A stretch of DNA of 64,000 nt, taken from assembly GCA_028534125.1 (NCBI GenBank), contig CM052816.1, forward strand, positions 45,820,001 to 45,884,000. The letters run 5' to 3'. Every line of letters starts with the position of its first letter. Position 1 is the first letter of the stretch. Shown one piece after another: positions 12,031 to 25,655 of this stretch. This DNA comes from Lama glama. Its lineage: Eukaryota. The notes under the pieces are model-generated. The model was not told the origin of the DNA and did no database searches. It saw nothing but the letters and a program-made list of their open reading frames with translations. Made by a program: the position numbers and the translations under genes.

Positions 12031-14332
12031 AAAACTAAAGGACATGAATTACTAATAATCAAAAGAAATATGACAGTTTTTTGAGACTATAAAACATCAA
12101 CCCTTTACATGTACAATTTTAACATGGAACTGGAGATATCATGTGACAAGACTGTTTTTCTTATCTACATCTTGTGACTTGAATATATATACAAATGTAT
12201 ATATGTAACACATACAAACACATAAATGTGCTTTATCTGAGCCACACATCAAGAGTTTTGCAAGATAAGCAGTAGTAAGCAGGTAGTTCAGGTACACAGA
12301 AGTAAAGATATTATTCATGAAATGGTCATAATGAACAAATTTGTAAGTAATTTAAAAAACAGAAGTGTGCCTCACTTCCACTGTTTGCAGTTGTGTTTAT
12401 TGTAGGCCGTGATCTTTTCTTGGTCCCCAAGGAAACTGACATCTGTATTTGATTTAATGAACTTCTGTTTGTCCATAACCCATACAAAAGAAAAGACCCT
12501 AGTGCATCTATGAGCATACCAGAATCTCAAGTTAGGTTCCCAGAACTCAGAGAAGGCACTCTGGGAAAGAACTCACAAGTTTCTACATGTTTTGACTAAG
12601 TCACAAAATGTGTTCCCCTTTGAATCTACATTTATATTTAGATGGATGAAAATAAGTGTTTTGTTATGTTTTATTATTATTTTAAGCAAAGATCAGTGTC
12701 TTAACATGATCTTGCATTAAATTATGTCGTTCAAATCTATGTCCTGCTACCTTGTGTTTTGGCCTGAATTCTGAGTAAAGGTTTAGAAAGGATATAACTA
12801 CAGTGGTGTATCAGGAAATCAAATAAGTTGTGATTATATCAAAACCAATCTCACACAGATACCTGCTATTAAATTTTACCCCTCTACCTATAAGAGATTG
12901 CTAATACACTGTTCAAAAGCTCTTTAGGGGAAACATTTGAAAATGTAGTTTTGTGCTGATGCTAAACTTTAATAACTAAGGCTTCTTTCCATGTTTTTTA
13001 AAAGCCTAACAATAATGGCTCAGTAATTACTGAACTAATGTTATCAATTCCAACAGATATCACATTTATTAAACAGAAAATGCTATGTTGCTGTTCATCA
13101 GTTAGAAATGTGTGTAATTGAAATATGAAAATGAAGTCTGTTGGAGTATGTGATTCATCATGAATTCTGGAAGCCCTACACTAACTCTCCTTTTCCTAAT
13201 TAAACTGTCAAATTGAAATCTTATAATTAATGCAACCACATGCCTTACACTAGGTTTTCTACCCGCCTGTAAAGCTCAATTCAGCAGAACTTTGCAAGAG
13301 CCTTCTTTAGGAAGAATGCAGTTCCTTGCTTTTCTGATATCTTGAGCAGAAATTCTGCCACCCTCCCCCAGCATAGAGTATTGTGTAGCACGAGATTTCT
13401 GTTCTCTGCATAATTAGGAGCGGAGTGGGCTGATGGGTGTGTCAGGGGAGCTGGTAATCCTTGCTTTGAGTTTTTCCTGATGAGGCAGTTAACAGGAAGT
13501 TGAAAGCTTCAATGAGGTCTTCTGTATTCCTTCTGGCATTGTATATTTCTACCCTGTGGCTAGGTTTTTTATGTTGTTGATGCTAAAATTTAAAGACTGA
13601 GGTGGCTTTTTTTCCTGATTAGAGCTTTGAGGACATAAATTTTTACCTCTATTCTGTAACACTTGATGGTACAAAGTGATTGACAGGAATTTATTTTATA
13701 CTCAGGGTAAAAAAATATACACATGTAACACACACTCTGGACAGAGTATACATACTGAATTATACTTTGGCAGAGACATATCTTGGAGATATCTTACTTG
13801 AAGAGAGCTTATTTCTGCATTTCTCTGTCTAATCACTTGGTAGTAAAAAGATTTCATCTCTTGTGTTAACTCTGATTCATTGGTAGTTACTCCCTGGGCT
13901 GTTATCTTGAGAAGGATTGGGAATTTATCTCTGGCTCAGCTGGACAAAATAGGGCTCGGATCAATTATTATGGCTGATATGGTGAGTCAATGGATAGGGG
14001 CAGCAAATGACTCTGAATTCCATCTCTGGCTTTTTGGTCCTTATAGATGTTTTTGTCAAATGCCCTTTCATCATCTGTGGTATCTCTAGTCTCAGGTTTT
14101 TTGTCAAATTCTATTTCTGGTCAAACTTGAGCTTGTCTTAAGTTTTCCTAAAAAACAGTTTCTCTCCTTTGTTTCCAAATTTAATAATCACAGACTTCTG
14201 AACATCCCGACTAATCTTTTTCTCAATTTCTGCAAAGCAATATTTTATTCACTGATCTAGCCTTATACATATTGAAGTTTTCTTCATTTTCTGGTTCAGT
14301 TGGACCCAGAGCCTAATTTCATTTAAAAAGTT

Positions 14333-14645
14333 GAGTTGGTGCTTTGCATTCAGAAATTCTGCATTCATGGTTTCAACTAACTTCGGATTGAAAATATTTG
14401 GAAAAAAATTCTAGAGAATTCCAAAAAGCAAAACTTGAATTAGTTGGGAGCCAGTGACTATTTACATAGTATTTACATTGTATCGGGTATTATAAATAAT
14501 CCAGAGGTGAAATGAAGTATATAGGAGGATGTGCATATTTTATATGCAAATACTATGCTTTTTTATATAAGACTGGAGCATCCCGAGATTTTGGTATCTG
14601 TGGGTGTCCTGGGACCAATCTGCCATGGACACCGAAGGAAAATTG
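14333..14645. mobile_element. MER2 (TcMar-Tigger MITE)
   Basis: ttctgcattcatggtttcaactaac...gattgaaaatatttggaaaaaa...ccaaaaagcaaaacttgaatt...ttatatgcaaatactatg...ttttggtatctg...gacaccgaaggaaaattg, followed by TA. Confidence 0.9.
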
Positions 14646-15094
14646 TATCTAGTTCTCAATTTGGTCAATTAATATGCACAATTATACTTATTTCACCAAT
14701 CTAAATATAGATAGCTAGTTTGCGACTTGTTGGTATACCCTAGTCAGGCAGACAGCTGGAGCAGTTTATGGAGAGTCACAAAACATCTACGTTAATGATA
14801 AGAGTTCAACTTAGCTTCTCTCTATATCAGTGAAACTGAGAACTGAGTTTTCCTGTGCCTAAGAAAAGATACAGTAGTGCCCTTTGTTGTTCAGGCCTCT
14901 GTTGACCAATAGGTTTAATAGCCTGGTCTTATTCTTTCTTTCCATCTCACAGTGTAGAGATTATACTTACCTAGACCTGGGCTTCACTTCAGGGATTTAC
15001 ATACATATATTTGTAAAACGATACAAAGACATATAGGTCTGGCTTTTTGTGAGTATGTGGGAGTGTATTTTCTTTTACCAATCCCATGCCGATT

Positions 15095-15960
15095 AACATG
15101 TAGTTTCACTACTAGCAACAATGCTATATGCATATCTTTATTAACTATTAGAATTTCTTGGGCTTAGATAACCTGTAAGTACCATTAAAGTTTTTACAGA
15201 TAATATTCTGATCTTCAAAACAGTTGTTTGGAGTTATAATCCAATAATCCAATGTATGAACATCTTCATTGCACCACAGCATTGCCAACCCTCAATATTT
15301 TAAAATTAAAATGTTTTGTTAATCCATGGAAGGAGAAATGGTGTCTTGTTATTGTTTAGTTTGTGCTCACTCCAGTACTAGTGATAGTGAGCATTTTTTT
15401 CATTCATGTATTAGCTATTTGCATTATTTCATGGATTGCCTATTCATATCCTCTGCTCATTTTTCTATAGATCCTTTCTATTTTTCCTACTATTTTGTGG
15501 GAACTTAATTACTTACTAAAAATGTCAGCTGATTTTTATGCATTAAATATTACAAGTATTTTCTCCAAAAATGCCAGTTATATTTTACATTGTTGAAAGT
15601 GTATTTTGCATCCCAGAAATTTTAGGTAATATTTTATTTTTCAACCTATCACTAATTTTCTTAGAAGTTTCACATACAATTTTGAAATCCCTTTCCATTT
15701 CCACTGTATTCTAATTCTTTTATAGATTGGCTTCATATCTATGGATCTTTATCAAATACACTTTTGTGAATGGTGTGAGGTAGGCATCTAATTTTCTATT
15801 TTTTGTGTATGAATGTTCAGTTATCTGAATACCATTTATTAAGTAGCTCAACATTTAAAGCTAATCTGAAATTCCACTTTTTCCATAGACTGAATAACCA
15901 TATTTACAAGGATTGATTTTCATATTTTATTCTGAATGGCTGAATTATATTTCATTTTCT
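15095..15960 (-). mobile_element. Old L1 (L1M/L1ME) ORF2 C-terminal fragment
   Basis: ccacagcattgccaac...gaaatggtgtctt...gtgagcattttttcat...ttgcctattcatatcctctgctcatttttctat...tggtgtgaggtaggcatcta. Confidence 0.75.
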
Positions 15961-16309
15961 GTTAAGTTCTGGCTATTTTCCAAGTCAGTAATGTGTATTC
16001 AGTAATTTTCTCCCTGAGCACCTTGACTGTCTTCCTCTGCCTGTTCTTTCACAAGCACGGGCTGCTCAGGTGCTGGCTTTGTCTCTAAATACCAAATGTT
16101 GCATTTTCTTTCCGAATTCTGAGTGAAGAGATGAAAATTAAATATTTCCAGTACTTTAAACTCTTGATAAATCTTTCTGCTTCTGAAAAAATGCCAAATC
16201 CCTAGACATGCATTGTTATTAAAAATATTTTAAACAAATAGTAATCTTGTTGGAAAGTAGGAGGTTCATCTTCTTCATGCAAAGACATTGTGGTGCCCTG
16301 ATTCTTTTT

Positions 16310-16830
16310 TCATTTCTTTTAATCTTTTCTTAATGAAAGTAATGCATGTGACTTTTAAAAATCACACGTATATAAAAAAATTAAAAAATCCCATCATGTA
16401 GTGATAGCTCTTATAACTTTTTGATGCATGACTTTGCTTTTTTTATGGTTATACACATCTTAATATTATTTTGCAGAAATGAGCCCATACTGTGCATATT
16501 GTTAATTTACCACTTTTTCACTTAATATACTGTGTGAACAGTTATTTTCAAACATTATATTAATGTCCTTGTATTGATGTACCATGATTGACTTAACAAA
16601 TCCACTGTGAGGATTTGTCATTTTTCATTTATTTTTAATGTTATCAAAAATGCTGTGTTTGAATTTGTGTTGAACAAATTTTTAACTAAACTTTGTGTAA
16701 ACATATTTACAAGTATGTCCTTCATAAATTCATCAGAATTATTAGAGCAAACAGTATGTACATTTAAAAAGAATTGTTATATCTTGCCATACTACCCTCA
16801 GGAAATGCCAACTAAGCTGACATTTATGTC
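16310..16830 (-). mobile_element. Old L1ME 3' fragment
   Basis: catactgtgcatattg...tttttcacttaatatactgtgtgaaca...gatgtaccatgattgacttaacaaatcc...aatgctgtg. Confidence 0.55.
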
Positions 16831-17249
16831 TCTAACACAGAATAACATGTCCTTTAGTTCCTGTGTATGCGTGGGAATAGACTTCATTTGACTGTAATCC
16901 CAAATGGGCATCATAGAGAAAACATGACGGTGGTGTGCTGAATACAGAGCTGGAGACTGTGGGCATTTATCCAGTTCACACTCTTGGAATTGTTCTGGAT
17001 CTCAGAATGGTAGTCTGTCCAGTATTTAAATGGATTGACTTAAAAATGCTTGCTGGCTGGTGGCCAATTTTGGATAATGTTGGATGGAAAGGGATTCTCA
17101 AAAGAGAAATTATGGGAGGAAAAAAGGAATAATTGTTTTCTCAGGGGACTCAGGGAGATATTAATGCTCTCTGATAAATGTAAATGCTATCTGTGTATAA
17201 TGATTTATTGTCTGTTTCTAGTCTTTTCCAACTTAACACTTCTAGAATG

Positions 17250-17460
17250 GCTTAGAAACATAGCCAACATAGTCAGAGAGGGTAGGTTCTAGGCTTGGCT
17301 CTGCCACTTTCTGTGTGTATCAACTTGAACAAATGAGGTTTACCTTTCTGAATCTAGATTTCCTAAACTACTAGTCAGACTTAAGTGAGATAATTCATAT
17401 AAGCCCTTCAGAAAGTGCTTGGCAAATAATAAATGTTCAGTAACTATCAGTTAATATTAT
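17250..17460 (+). mobile_element. MIR
   Basis: ggttctaggcttggctctgccactt...aagtgagataattcatataagccc...gtgcttggcaaataataaatgttcagtaa. Confidence 0.75.
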
Positions 17461-18367
17461 CTAGTGATGGAGTAAAAAATAGTTTGTCTGATGTCATAGA
17501 TAAGAGCAGTATCTCTCATACTATTGGTGTTTTTAAGTTTGACTGGACATTTATTTTCTCCTAGTCTTCCTTTGGGATCTGCTGAGTAAACCAAGTAAGG
17601 GGAGGGGTAGGAGAAGGAGAAATTAGCTATGACAGAATGATTATGCATTCAGTTTCTATTTGGAAGGTAAACTGCTTATTTGGATAGACAGGTACAGAGT
17701 ATTAGCTGCATGCAGAGGACTAGAAAAGAGTGAAACATGTATTTATATATTTGTATTCATTTGAACTAATTTATGTAAACATATATTATTTTGTGTTAAT
17801 TGTATATTGCCCAACACATTCCTCAGCCAAATGAGGCCATCTGGGAGTTCCAGCTATGTCCACTTCTCACACAAGTTATTGTCTGTGTAATCAAAATAGT
17901 CATTTCCAGTTCTCTCCTGTCAGAATTTTGGCCCCAGTATTCCAAAATCACTTTTAGTAGCCTATTCTAGTGTGGCCAAGAGAGTCTTAGGTTCACTTTA
18001 ATTATATCCAGCTTTCATTTAAATCTGTTTTTTTTTCTTTTTCCTTCATAGACAGAAAAAGCTTGACATTTTCATGATAAAAATGTCATCTATGTAAAGA
18101 TGATAATTAATCTCTTGGGTCTTTATTTGGTAGACTAAAAACCTTGATCCCTTTAAACCTTTCAGTTCATTTGTGAAAGAATTGGCTTAAAGTGCTTTTA
18201 GACTTTGTATCTTGAACTTTTGCCTCTTAAACTTCGCACATCATTCAAAAAGAGTGTGTTTTTCTCTTTCTCTGTCACAATATGATTTAATTATAATAAA
18301 GTTTAACAATAAAGTAATGAATACAAACATTAACATAAACTCAAGGATGTCTTTTTAACATCAATAA

Positions 18368-18870
18368 TTGTTCATTCATTTACTACACATCTATTGTTTA
18401 CTATGTGCCAGCCTAGGTGCTAGAAAATCCACGTTAACTCTGACACATAGTCCCTACCTTCATGAAGTTTACATTCTAGTGGATGGAGGGCATAACCAGA
18501 AATGAGTAAGATTAATAATATGCTTCAGACAGTGGTAAGTGGCCTAAAAAAGTAAAGCAGGGTATGATGTATGAAATCAGAAGAAGGTCAGAGGCTATTT
18601 TAAAAAAGGTGGGCTGATAAAAAATGACATTTTATAGGGAACAAAATTATGTCAAAGAACTGGCCATACAAAGATCTGGAAAGGTGACTTGGGCCAGGAC
18701 AGATGGCATCTGAAAGGTGATAGTACAGAGTTTGAATTTTACTCCAAGTATGATTGGAAGTCACTGAATGCATAAGAACTGGATGGAGTTGTGATACAAT
18801 ATTTTATCAAATTCCTTTGGTGTATGTGGAAATGGACTGTTAGAGCAAAAGCAGAGAATGCTGTTAACAA
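18368..18870 (-). mobile_element. L2 3' fragment
   Basis: ttcattcatttact...tactatgtgccagcctaggtgctag...gtccctaccttcatgaagtttacattctagtgg...gattggaagtcactgaa. Confidence 0.8.
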
Positions 18871-21800
18871 CATAGTTTCTCTCATGCTCCATAAATATCT
18901 TTTTAATCCAGTGTGTATTTTTTCCCTCTGCTGCCAAACATAAAGAGTACAAAAGAGGACTCCTTTGGAATTCTGTTACTACAAGTCTTGAAAAAATTAA
19001 TGTAAATTGTCTCAACACGTAGTATTCTCATTGGTCAAGTATAAGATTCAGTGCAAGATCCAGGAAGGCTTATCCTCAGGGATAAACTTCAAAGTGATCA
19101 TAGAACTCAGTTATTTTTTTCTTAGCCATAATCTTGTGTCCAAAGAAAGTTGAAAACTACAATGGGTATGGAGACTGAAATGAAATAATTGGAAGATATG
19201 GTCCACCCTCTTCATGAAGAAAGAAGATACAAAATAATAACATATGTTGATGATGTAATTTGCAAATTATCAGAACATGATTGGCCTGAGTTTGATACTT
19301 TTGTTCTTTGCAGTGTCAAAACCCAACCCTTAAATTTAGATTTCTTCTTACATAGAACAATGATTCTTGGGCCTACATCCAAATTTAGTAGTTTTAAATT
19401 CATTTTAATTTTCAGTTTTCCACTTAAAAAAACCAAAGCAACAGTTTAAATGTTTTTATGTTGGTATAATTATTAATGTGATAAGAATATTGAATTCTAC
19501 AATTTTTATCACAAATATAATGCTCACTGTTTTATATACTTTAGAGTGAAATTAATTGCCCTTGGATAGACTAGAAATCTAACCTCCATATATGATATTT
19601 TTCCTCTATGGTAAGACGTATTCTGAGCTCAAACCCTGATTCACAAATGTGCTTTTGGATATCAAGGTATTTGCAAAGATGGAGACTGTATTGTATACAC
19701 TGCATAGAGGAACTTGAAGTTCAGATCAAGAATAGAGTGAGGTTGATTAGGAGTAATAAAATATGTATGTTTTATGTAAGAAATGGTTCATGTTTCCTCT
19801 GATTTCATTTGGACCTGACTCATCTGCTGCTTGATATTTAGTGGGGCTAGAGGTTTTTTTTTTTTTTTCTAACCTTTAGGGCAAGTTGGCTTTGTGTACA
19901 ATTATGCCCTAAAATGGAGCCCTTAAGCTGTTTTTGAGGGGTAAAAATAATCATAGCAGAACAAAAGTGATTCACCTCTCACTTTGCCTGAGAAAGGCAG
20001 ACAAAGAAAACAGAGTGAAAATATATTTTGACCACTTAGAAAAAGGCTTGTTGGAGGCAACATTACTCAGTTTGAATATTTTTTTAAATGCCCCTTGGTT
20101 TCATCACTAAAGCATCAATCTTGTTAGCGTATATCCAGGAACCTGCCTCAGTATTTTCCCATGATAATTTATTTAACTTGTAATTTCTTAAGAAAAGGAG
20201 CTCATATTTTCCTCAGTTCTAGCCATTGGTGGAAGTGATTTCATCATCCCGAGTGATGAAAGCATTATAGCTCCCAGATTCCACGAGGCCTTTGCCTCCC
20301 TGGCTAGAGGGGCATTGTTGCTGAGTAAACACTACTGTACATACTACTACAATTATACTGGATTAAGTGGCAGTGTAATTGCATAAGTTTACTTGGCTGA
20401 GGAGGAAAATGCAACTTACAGAGAACTGTGATTTCCCAAAGGGCTAACAAAGCAGAGAAAGCATTTGAATGGTGATGAATAGTGTTTTATTCCACAATCC
20501 ATGGGATAGTTATAAATCATCAGTAAGAGCATTCTGATTTATACTCTTCAGTAAGATGCTGCTACCCATTTTGAAGTTTGATATAGGTTATTCTTTCACT
20601 TGTCAGTAAATGATAATTGACCATCATCTTATTCCTGTAGCTTTAAAAAATAACCCCCACCTTGGAGACCCCACATTGTTTTCTCCTTTTCACAACAATC
20701 AGAATGCAGGCACATATTGAATAATTTTGGTAAAATAGTGTTAGTTTCTCCCCAAAGATACCAACTATAGTTTACCCTTCGGAGTTGTTATTTCAGAAGC
20801 CAATGGTACACACAAACTTTGTCTCTTCTCCCTGCAGGGTGGGCAGTAGGCAGTGTGTTCAGTGCACAAAATTTTTCAATGCCAATTGCTGACACCAAAA
20901 ATGTAAACTAAAAAATTGAAGGGTACATTGTGCCATTAAGTTGATACCAGTCTTTATTCGATATGCACTTTATCTAAATGGATAATGTCCCCTGAAGAGT
21001 TTTCAGAAATAGTATTTTAGAGTAGAATATACTATATCCTATATATGCTATACTTTTCATGATTGAGTTGCCAGATCCAGGAGCTATTGTGAGAAAGTTC
21101 TGGAAAAAGCCAGAGATGAGCCTTTGACTTCTGGCAATAGTTAACCATGGGGAAATGTTTTCAATTTATTTGGTCTTATCACTCTATTCTCTTTTCCTTG
21201 GTTTAGGAGAAATGCAGATCTTATTACTTTAATACTAACTGCATTAATCCTGGTTATCATTACCTGAAATCAATGTTTTTTGCCTAGATGAAAATCTGCT
21301 GTTTCATAAGAAAATGTTTCTTCATTAGAAATTATACTGACTTAAATATGATCCTGTAGAAACATGAAAAATCAGCTTGCTATGGCAGTTTTTTTGATAA
21401 ATATATTTTGATGAATCTTGTCCAAATATCTGTTCTATTAGGGAGAAAGATTCTAAGGAAAAGGGTTGATACTTTCTCTTCAAAAGTCTTCCCCTGCTAA
21501 TAACTTTTACTTTCTTTGAAAATCCATACTTTTACACAATTAGTAATTTCAACATTAGTCTTTGTTTTTCATTTTCTGTAACTCAAAATACCATATGAGG
21601 TGGGTTTTTGAAAGAAAAGGATAATGAATGGAAGGAAACAAAAAGACAATAATTTCCTCCTTCAGCACATTTTCTTTTTACTTAAACATTTGTGGAAGTG
21701 AGAATGTATCTGTGCTTGGAGCATCAGGCTTCAGTCATAATGGCTTCATGCTCTAAGAATCTGCTCCAAAACCTGCTCTCTGTATAGCAGCTCAGATGGA

Positions 21801-22028
21801 AAGACCAAAAGTGTGTAACTTTGCTGGCTCAGCAGCAGGACAGTGCTCAGCCACCCCACATTGCAGAAAACTTCAAGCTAAGAGCTGTAACACCAACCTC
21901 AGGGATCACTAGAGTTCCAAAGACCAATTGCTGTGATTCCATGCTAGACATTAAATCATATTTTGAATATGCCACAGAATGTTTCCTCCCTCTCTCTGCC
22001 TCTTTCCCTCCTTCCCTCTTTCCTCTTT

Positions 22029-22031
<3 letters not shown>

Positions 22032-22075
<44 letters not shown>
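22032..22075. repeat. (AC)22 microsatellite
   Basis: Perfect 44-nt AC run. Confidence 0.98.
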
Positions 22076-22079
<4 letters not shown>

Positions 22080-22989
22080 CTTTCTTATGAAGTATTATCC
22101 TCTGGAAAGAGAGTAGGGAGTTGTTCAACGTACATTTCACATTCTTGAAACAGCAACTCTGACTTGAAAGGATACTCAGAAATAGTCCTAGTCTGAAAGT
22201 ACTCACCAAATTCTGAGTATTTACAAAGCCTTGTTTATCCTGAATCATGGAATATATTGACTGTAGTGTCTTTTCTCCTTCTAGGCTACATTTTTTAATT
22301 TTACATTTTATTAGCACATTTATTTGAGGAAAAGAGTGAAGAGAACATGTACAAAGCTCAGTATAAGTCCATGTATGGTTAATTGTTGATTGTTTCCTAA
22401 ATATAAAATGGAGGCGATTAAAGTTAATGTCTAGCATAAATGCTTGGAGACACCAGAATTCATGATTTCATAGCTGAGAGTTGACTGTACACATTACCAT
22501 TTCAAAGGAAATCACTGAAGATGTTTATCTCTCACATCTGATGTTCATGCATTCCATCCTACCTAGGTATCCTGGATTCCATCTCCAGAATTACCTTCCA
22601 CATAAACACTGAATAGTGTCCTCTGGATACCTAAGATTTCTGATTGATTTTTTCTCTACTCAAATCTCCTATGTCCCATACTTCACTTCTCTGATTCTGT
22701 AATCCATGGGTCAGGCTTAAGTAAGAGGTAAGGATGGTTCTGGCATCTATACGCTTATACAGAAATTTCAATCAGCTAGAGTTCTCTTTCCCTAACATGA
22801 AACAGACAAACATTTTTCTCCAGTAAATATGTTTGCCACTCTAATTTAGGCAATTTCATGTTGAAGAGGCTTGTTGTTATATCAGGTCCTTGTAGGATGT
22901 TTTTGGCTAAAGTAATACTGACTCACCAGGGATCAGTATCATGACAGCCTTAAGATCTACATGAGCTCATCCTGAGTAAACTGCATGTG

Positions 22990-23843
22990 TGTGTGATGGG
23001 CCTTATAAATGTAGCATGTCCAAAAGAGAACTCCCAATTCCCCACTCCCATATCTCAGTCGAAAAACTTTATTTCCCATCTCAGCAAATAGCACAAGTGT
23101 TTACTGTCTTTGATTCTTGCCTTTTGTGCTCATTTATGATACATTGGCAGGTACTTTTAATTCTATCCACGAAGGATATTTAGGTATGACTGCCTCTTTT
23201 AATTTCCATTACCACCACCCTGCTCTAAGCCTCTGTCATCTCTCTCCAGGACCAAAAGAAGCTTTCTAATGAGTATCCCCATTGTTTTTCTTACAATTCT
23301 CTTATTTAACTCTCTTCAAAGACAAATCAGAGCATTTCCTGTCCGATGACCTCCCATTATTTCTAAGATAAAACCAACTCCTGTCCAGATCCTGCATCAT
23401 CTAGCTCTTTTCTCTCTTTTGTAGTTGGTTTCGTCTAACACACCAAAAACATTTCCATGTTTGACAATGTTGCCTTCTCCTCCCAGAATATTCCTTGCCT
23501 GCTATTCATGTGGCTGGCTCCTTCTCTTATCATTTGTGAATCCCTTTAAGTGCCACTCCTTAGAGATTATTTTATGCTCATCTATCTAAAGCCCCATCCA
23601 AAGGGCTGCACCCAAACTCCTTCTTCCAGCATCAGCCTGTATCACTTCGCTTTACTCCGTTTTCTTTCCTTTATAATCTTTATACAATACTGTGTTACAT
23701 ACAACTTTCTGTCTACCTCCTCCAAGTGCTGCAAGCTTCATAAGAACAAGGACTGTAACTTTTCGCTTTTGAATATCCAGTGCCATGAACAGTGCCTGGC
23801 ACAAAACAGATGCTCAATAAATAATGCTTCTATAATGAATAAA
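22990..23843 (+). mobile_element. L2 3' region
   Basis: ccatctcagcaaatagcac...attaccaccaccctg...catgtggctggctccttctc...aacagtgcctggcacaaaacagatgctcaataaataatg. Confidence 0.85.
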
Positions 23844-24194
23844 GTTCTATAATTTGAGATATAGTAGTAACATTCATGAAGATACTTGTTTTCTTACAGT
23901 TTTGAAAAAAATCCTACAAAACTGATAATAAAATAATACTTAATAAAACAAATATAATCCCTCTCTAAGTACAGTAACACTTGCCTCTATGTGCAAGTAA
24001 AATAGAAAAAACTTATCATACTTAATTGTTTAATTATGAAATTTAAAAATAAAAAAATTATTTTCCAATTTTAAAGGACTTAATGAGTACACAAGCTTAT
24101 TAAGCTTCAGGTATCCAAGAGGTAAGCCAATAATTCAAAAATCTCAATAAAGACCAAACTGGGTACCTGTGAACCAATAGTTCATTAATCATAT

Positions 24195-24425
24195 TAGTAA
24201 GAGGTAATATTCATTTAATTCTTTCTGTATCAAATGTTTAACATCTGTTATTTCATTTGAATTTCACAAAATGCTGTTGTGCATTATTTCCGTTTTGCAG
24301 ATGAGAAGGCTGAGGCTCAGTGAGGTTAGGAAATCTACCAAAAGTGCCACTACTTGTAAGTAGTAGAAGCTTGAAAGATTGAAACCTAACATTCTTGTTA
24401 AAAAAAAAAATTGAGCTCTTTGTCT
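24195..24425 (-). mobile_element. MIR
   Basis: ccgttttgcagatgagaaggctgaggctcagtgaggttaggaaatctaccaaaagtgccac (antisense MIR core). Confidence 0.85.
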
Positions 24426-25449
24426 ACCCCTTTGATGTCTTTTTTTTTTTTTTTCGCTCCTGCACATCTTTCTCATGTGAGAAACTTGCTGATAGAATGA
24501 AACCTCAACATGGCTTTTTAAAAACAGTATTAAAGTGTGCTTAAGTCTGTAAAGATTCAGGGAGCAAGTTTTGGCATCATATCAGAATACACGCCTACCT
24601 CATTCCTCAGCTGTGGCTTATTCCTCCTATCTTAGAGGCTGGAATTTTGATCAAACTGGATGATAGGAAAAAAATACATATCCTTCGATAATTGGTCAGA
24701 ATAATAAATGTCCAGAGCTGGCATGGGACACTGCGGAGGAGTCACCATAAATTTCGTGCCGAATCAGCTTAAGAAGGCAAGCTGAGGCCAAAGAATCACA
24801 GCTGTCATTTGGCTGTGGGAAAGAGTTCAGAGGTCCCTTGTACTGTTCATTCCCATGAACTTGAGGATCTCAGAGGGGCACTCCGGGAGGTGACGCTCCA
24901 TTTTCTGTAGTAATGTGACCCAGAACATGACAGATTGCTAGTAGTTAATCAACAGGTTATGATAAAAGTCCAAACCTGATTTATTTATTTTGCCCAAGAT
25001 TGGCTATATTTTCACATACATATGAACACATGTATGCAGCTTAACAGATCTAACAGAAGCCAGTTCAAACTATCAAAATGACATTTCCAACTAATATTTT
25101 ATTCTCTGGAAAAATTTATAGAAATTAGGGAACATAATTAAATATTTCAAGTTCCCAAATAGAAGTGACCTCTACCCACAAATGTTATTTTTATTTATGT
25201 GATGTAAAATTTATGTTAACGTTGGAAAAATTAATTCAATTTAGGAGAAATTTCTTTTGTCATGAAAGGGTATTGACTTAATCCAAATATGGAATATTAA
25301 ATACGATCATGAGCTTGGAATGCCTCCATACGCAAGGATCTGATGTTACTGTCAAGATCTTTTTGGGCTTCATGTTCCTGAAATATTTGATTTAGGAATG
25401 TCGTGATTGGCAATTTGTGATAAAACTTTTGTGCTGTGAAATTTGATAA

Positions 25450-25655
25450 TGATGATAATAAAAATAAAATAATACACAGTTACCAAGTCAGTGCATGCCA
25501 GATACTGTTGAATGTTTTATACTTAATAATTAAAAAAATTCTTACAACAACCCTGTAGCATAGAAGCTATTATTATCTCCATTTCATAGGTGGGTAAATT
25601 GAAGTACAGGGAGGTTGAGTAATTTGCTGAAGGCCAGACAGCTAGTTTGTGATGA
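25450..25655 (-). mobile_element. MIR
   Basis: cttacaacaaccctgtag...tattattatctccatttcatagg...aaattgaagtacagggaggttgagtaatttgctgaaggccagacagctag. Confidence 0.8.

Noticed and set aside
18064..18088. Inverted repeat TGACATTTT-7nt-AAAATGTCA
   Set aside because: 9-bp AT-rich arms are plausible by chance in 64 kb; no further support.
19160..19449. ORF containing IITYVDDVI, resembling a reverse-transcriptase YxDD motif
   Set aside because: No LPQG/xSP motif at the right spacing, an in-frame stop just upstream, and no other RT motifs; probably chance. An RVT_1 HMM search would settle it.
21821..22437. Longest ORF (196 aa) and overlapping His-Thr/Cys-Val ORFs
   Set aside because: Kept open by the (AC)22 microsatellite; no recognisable protein.
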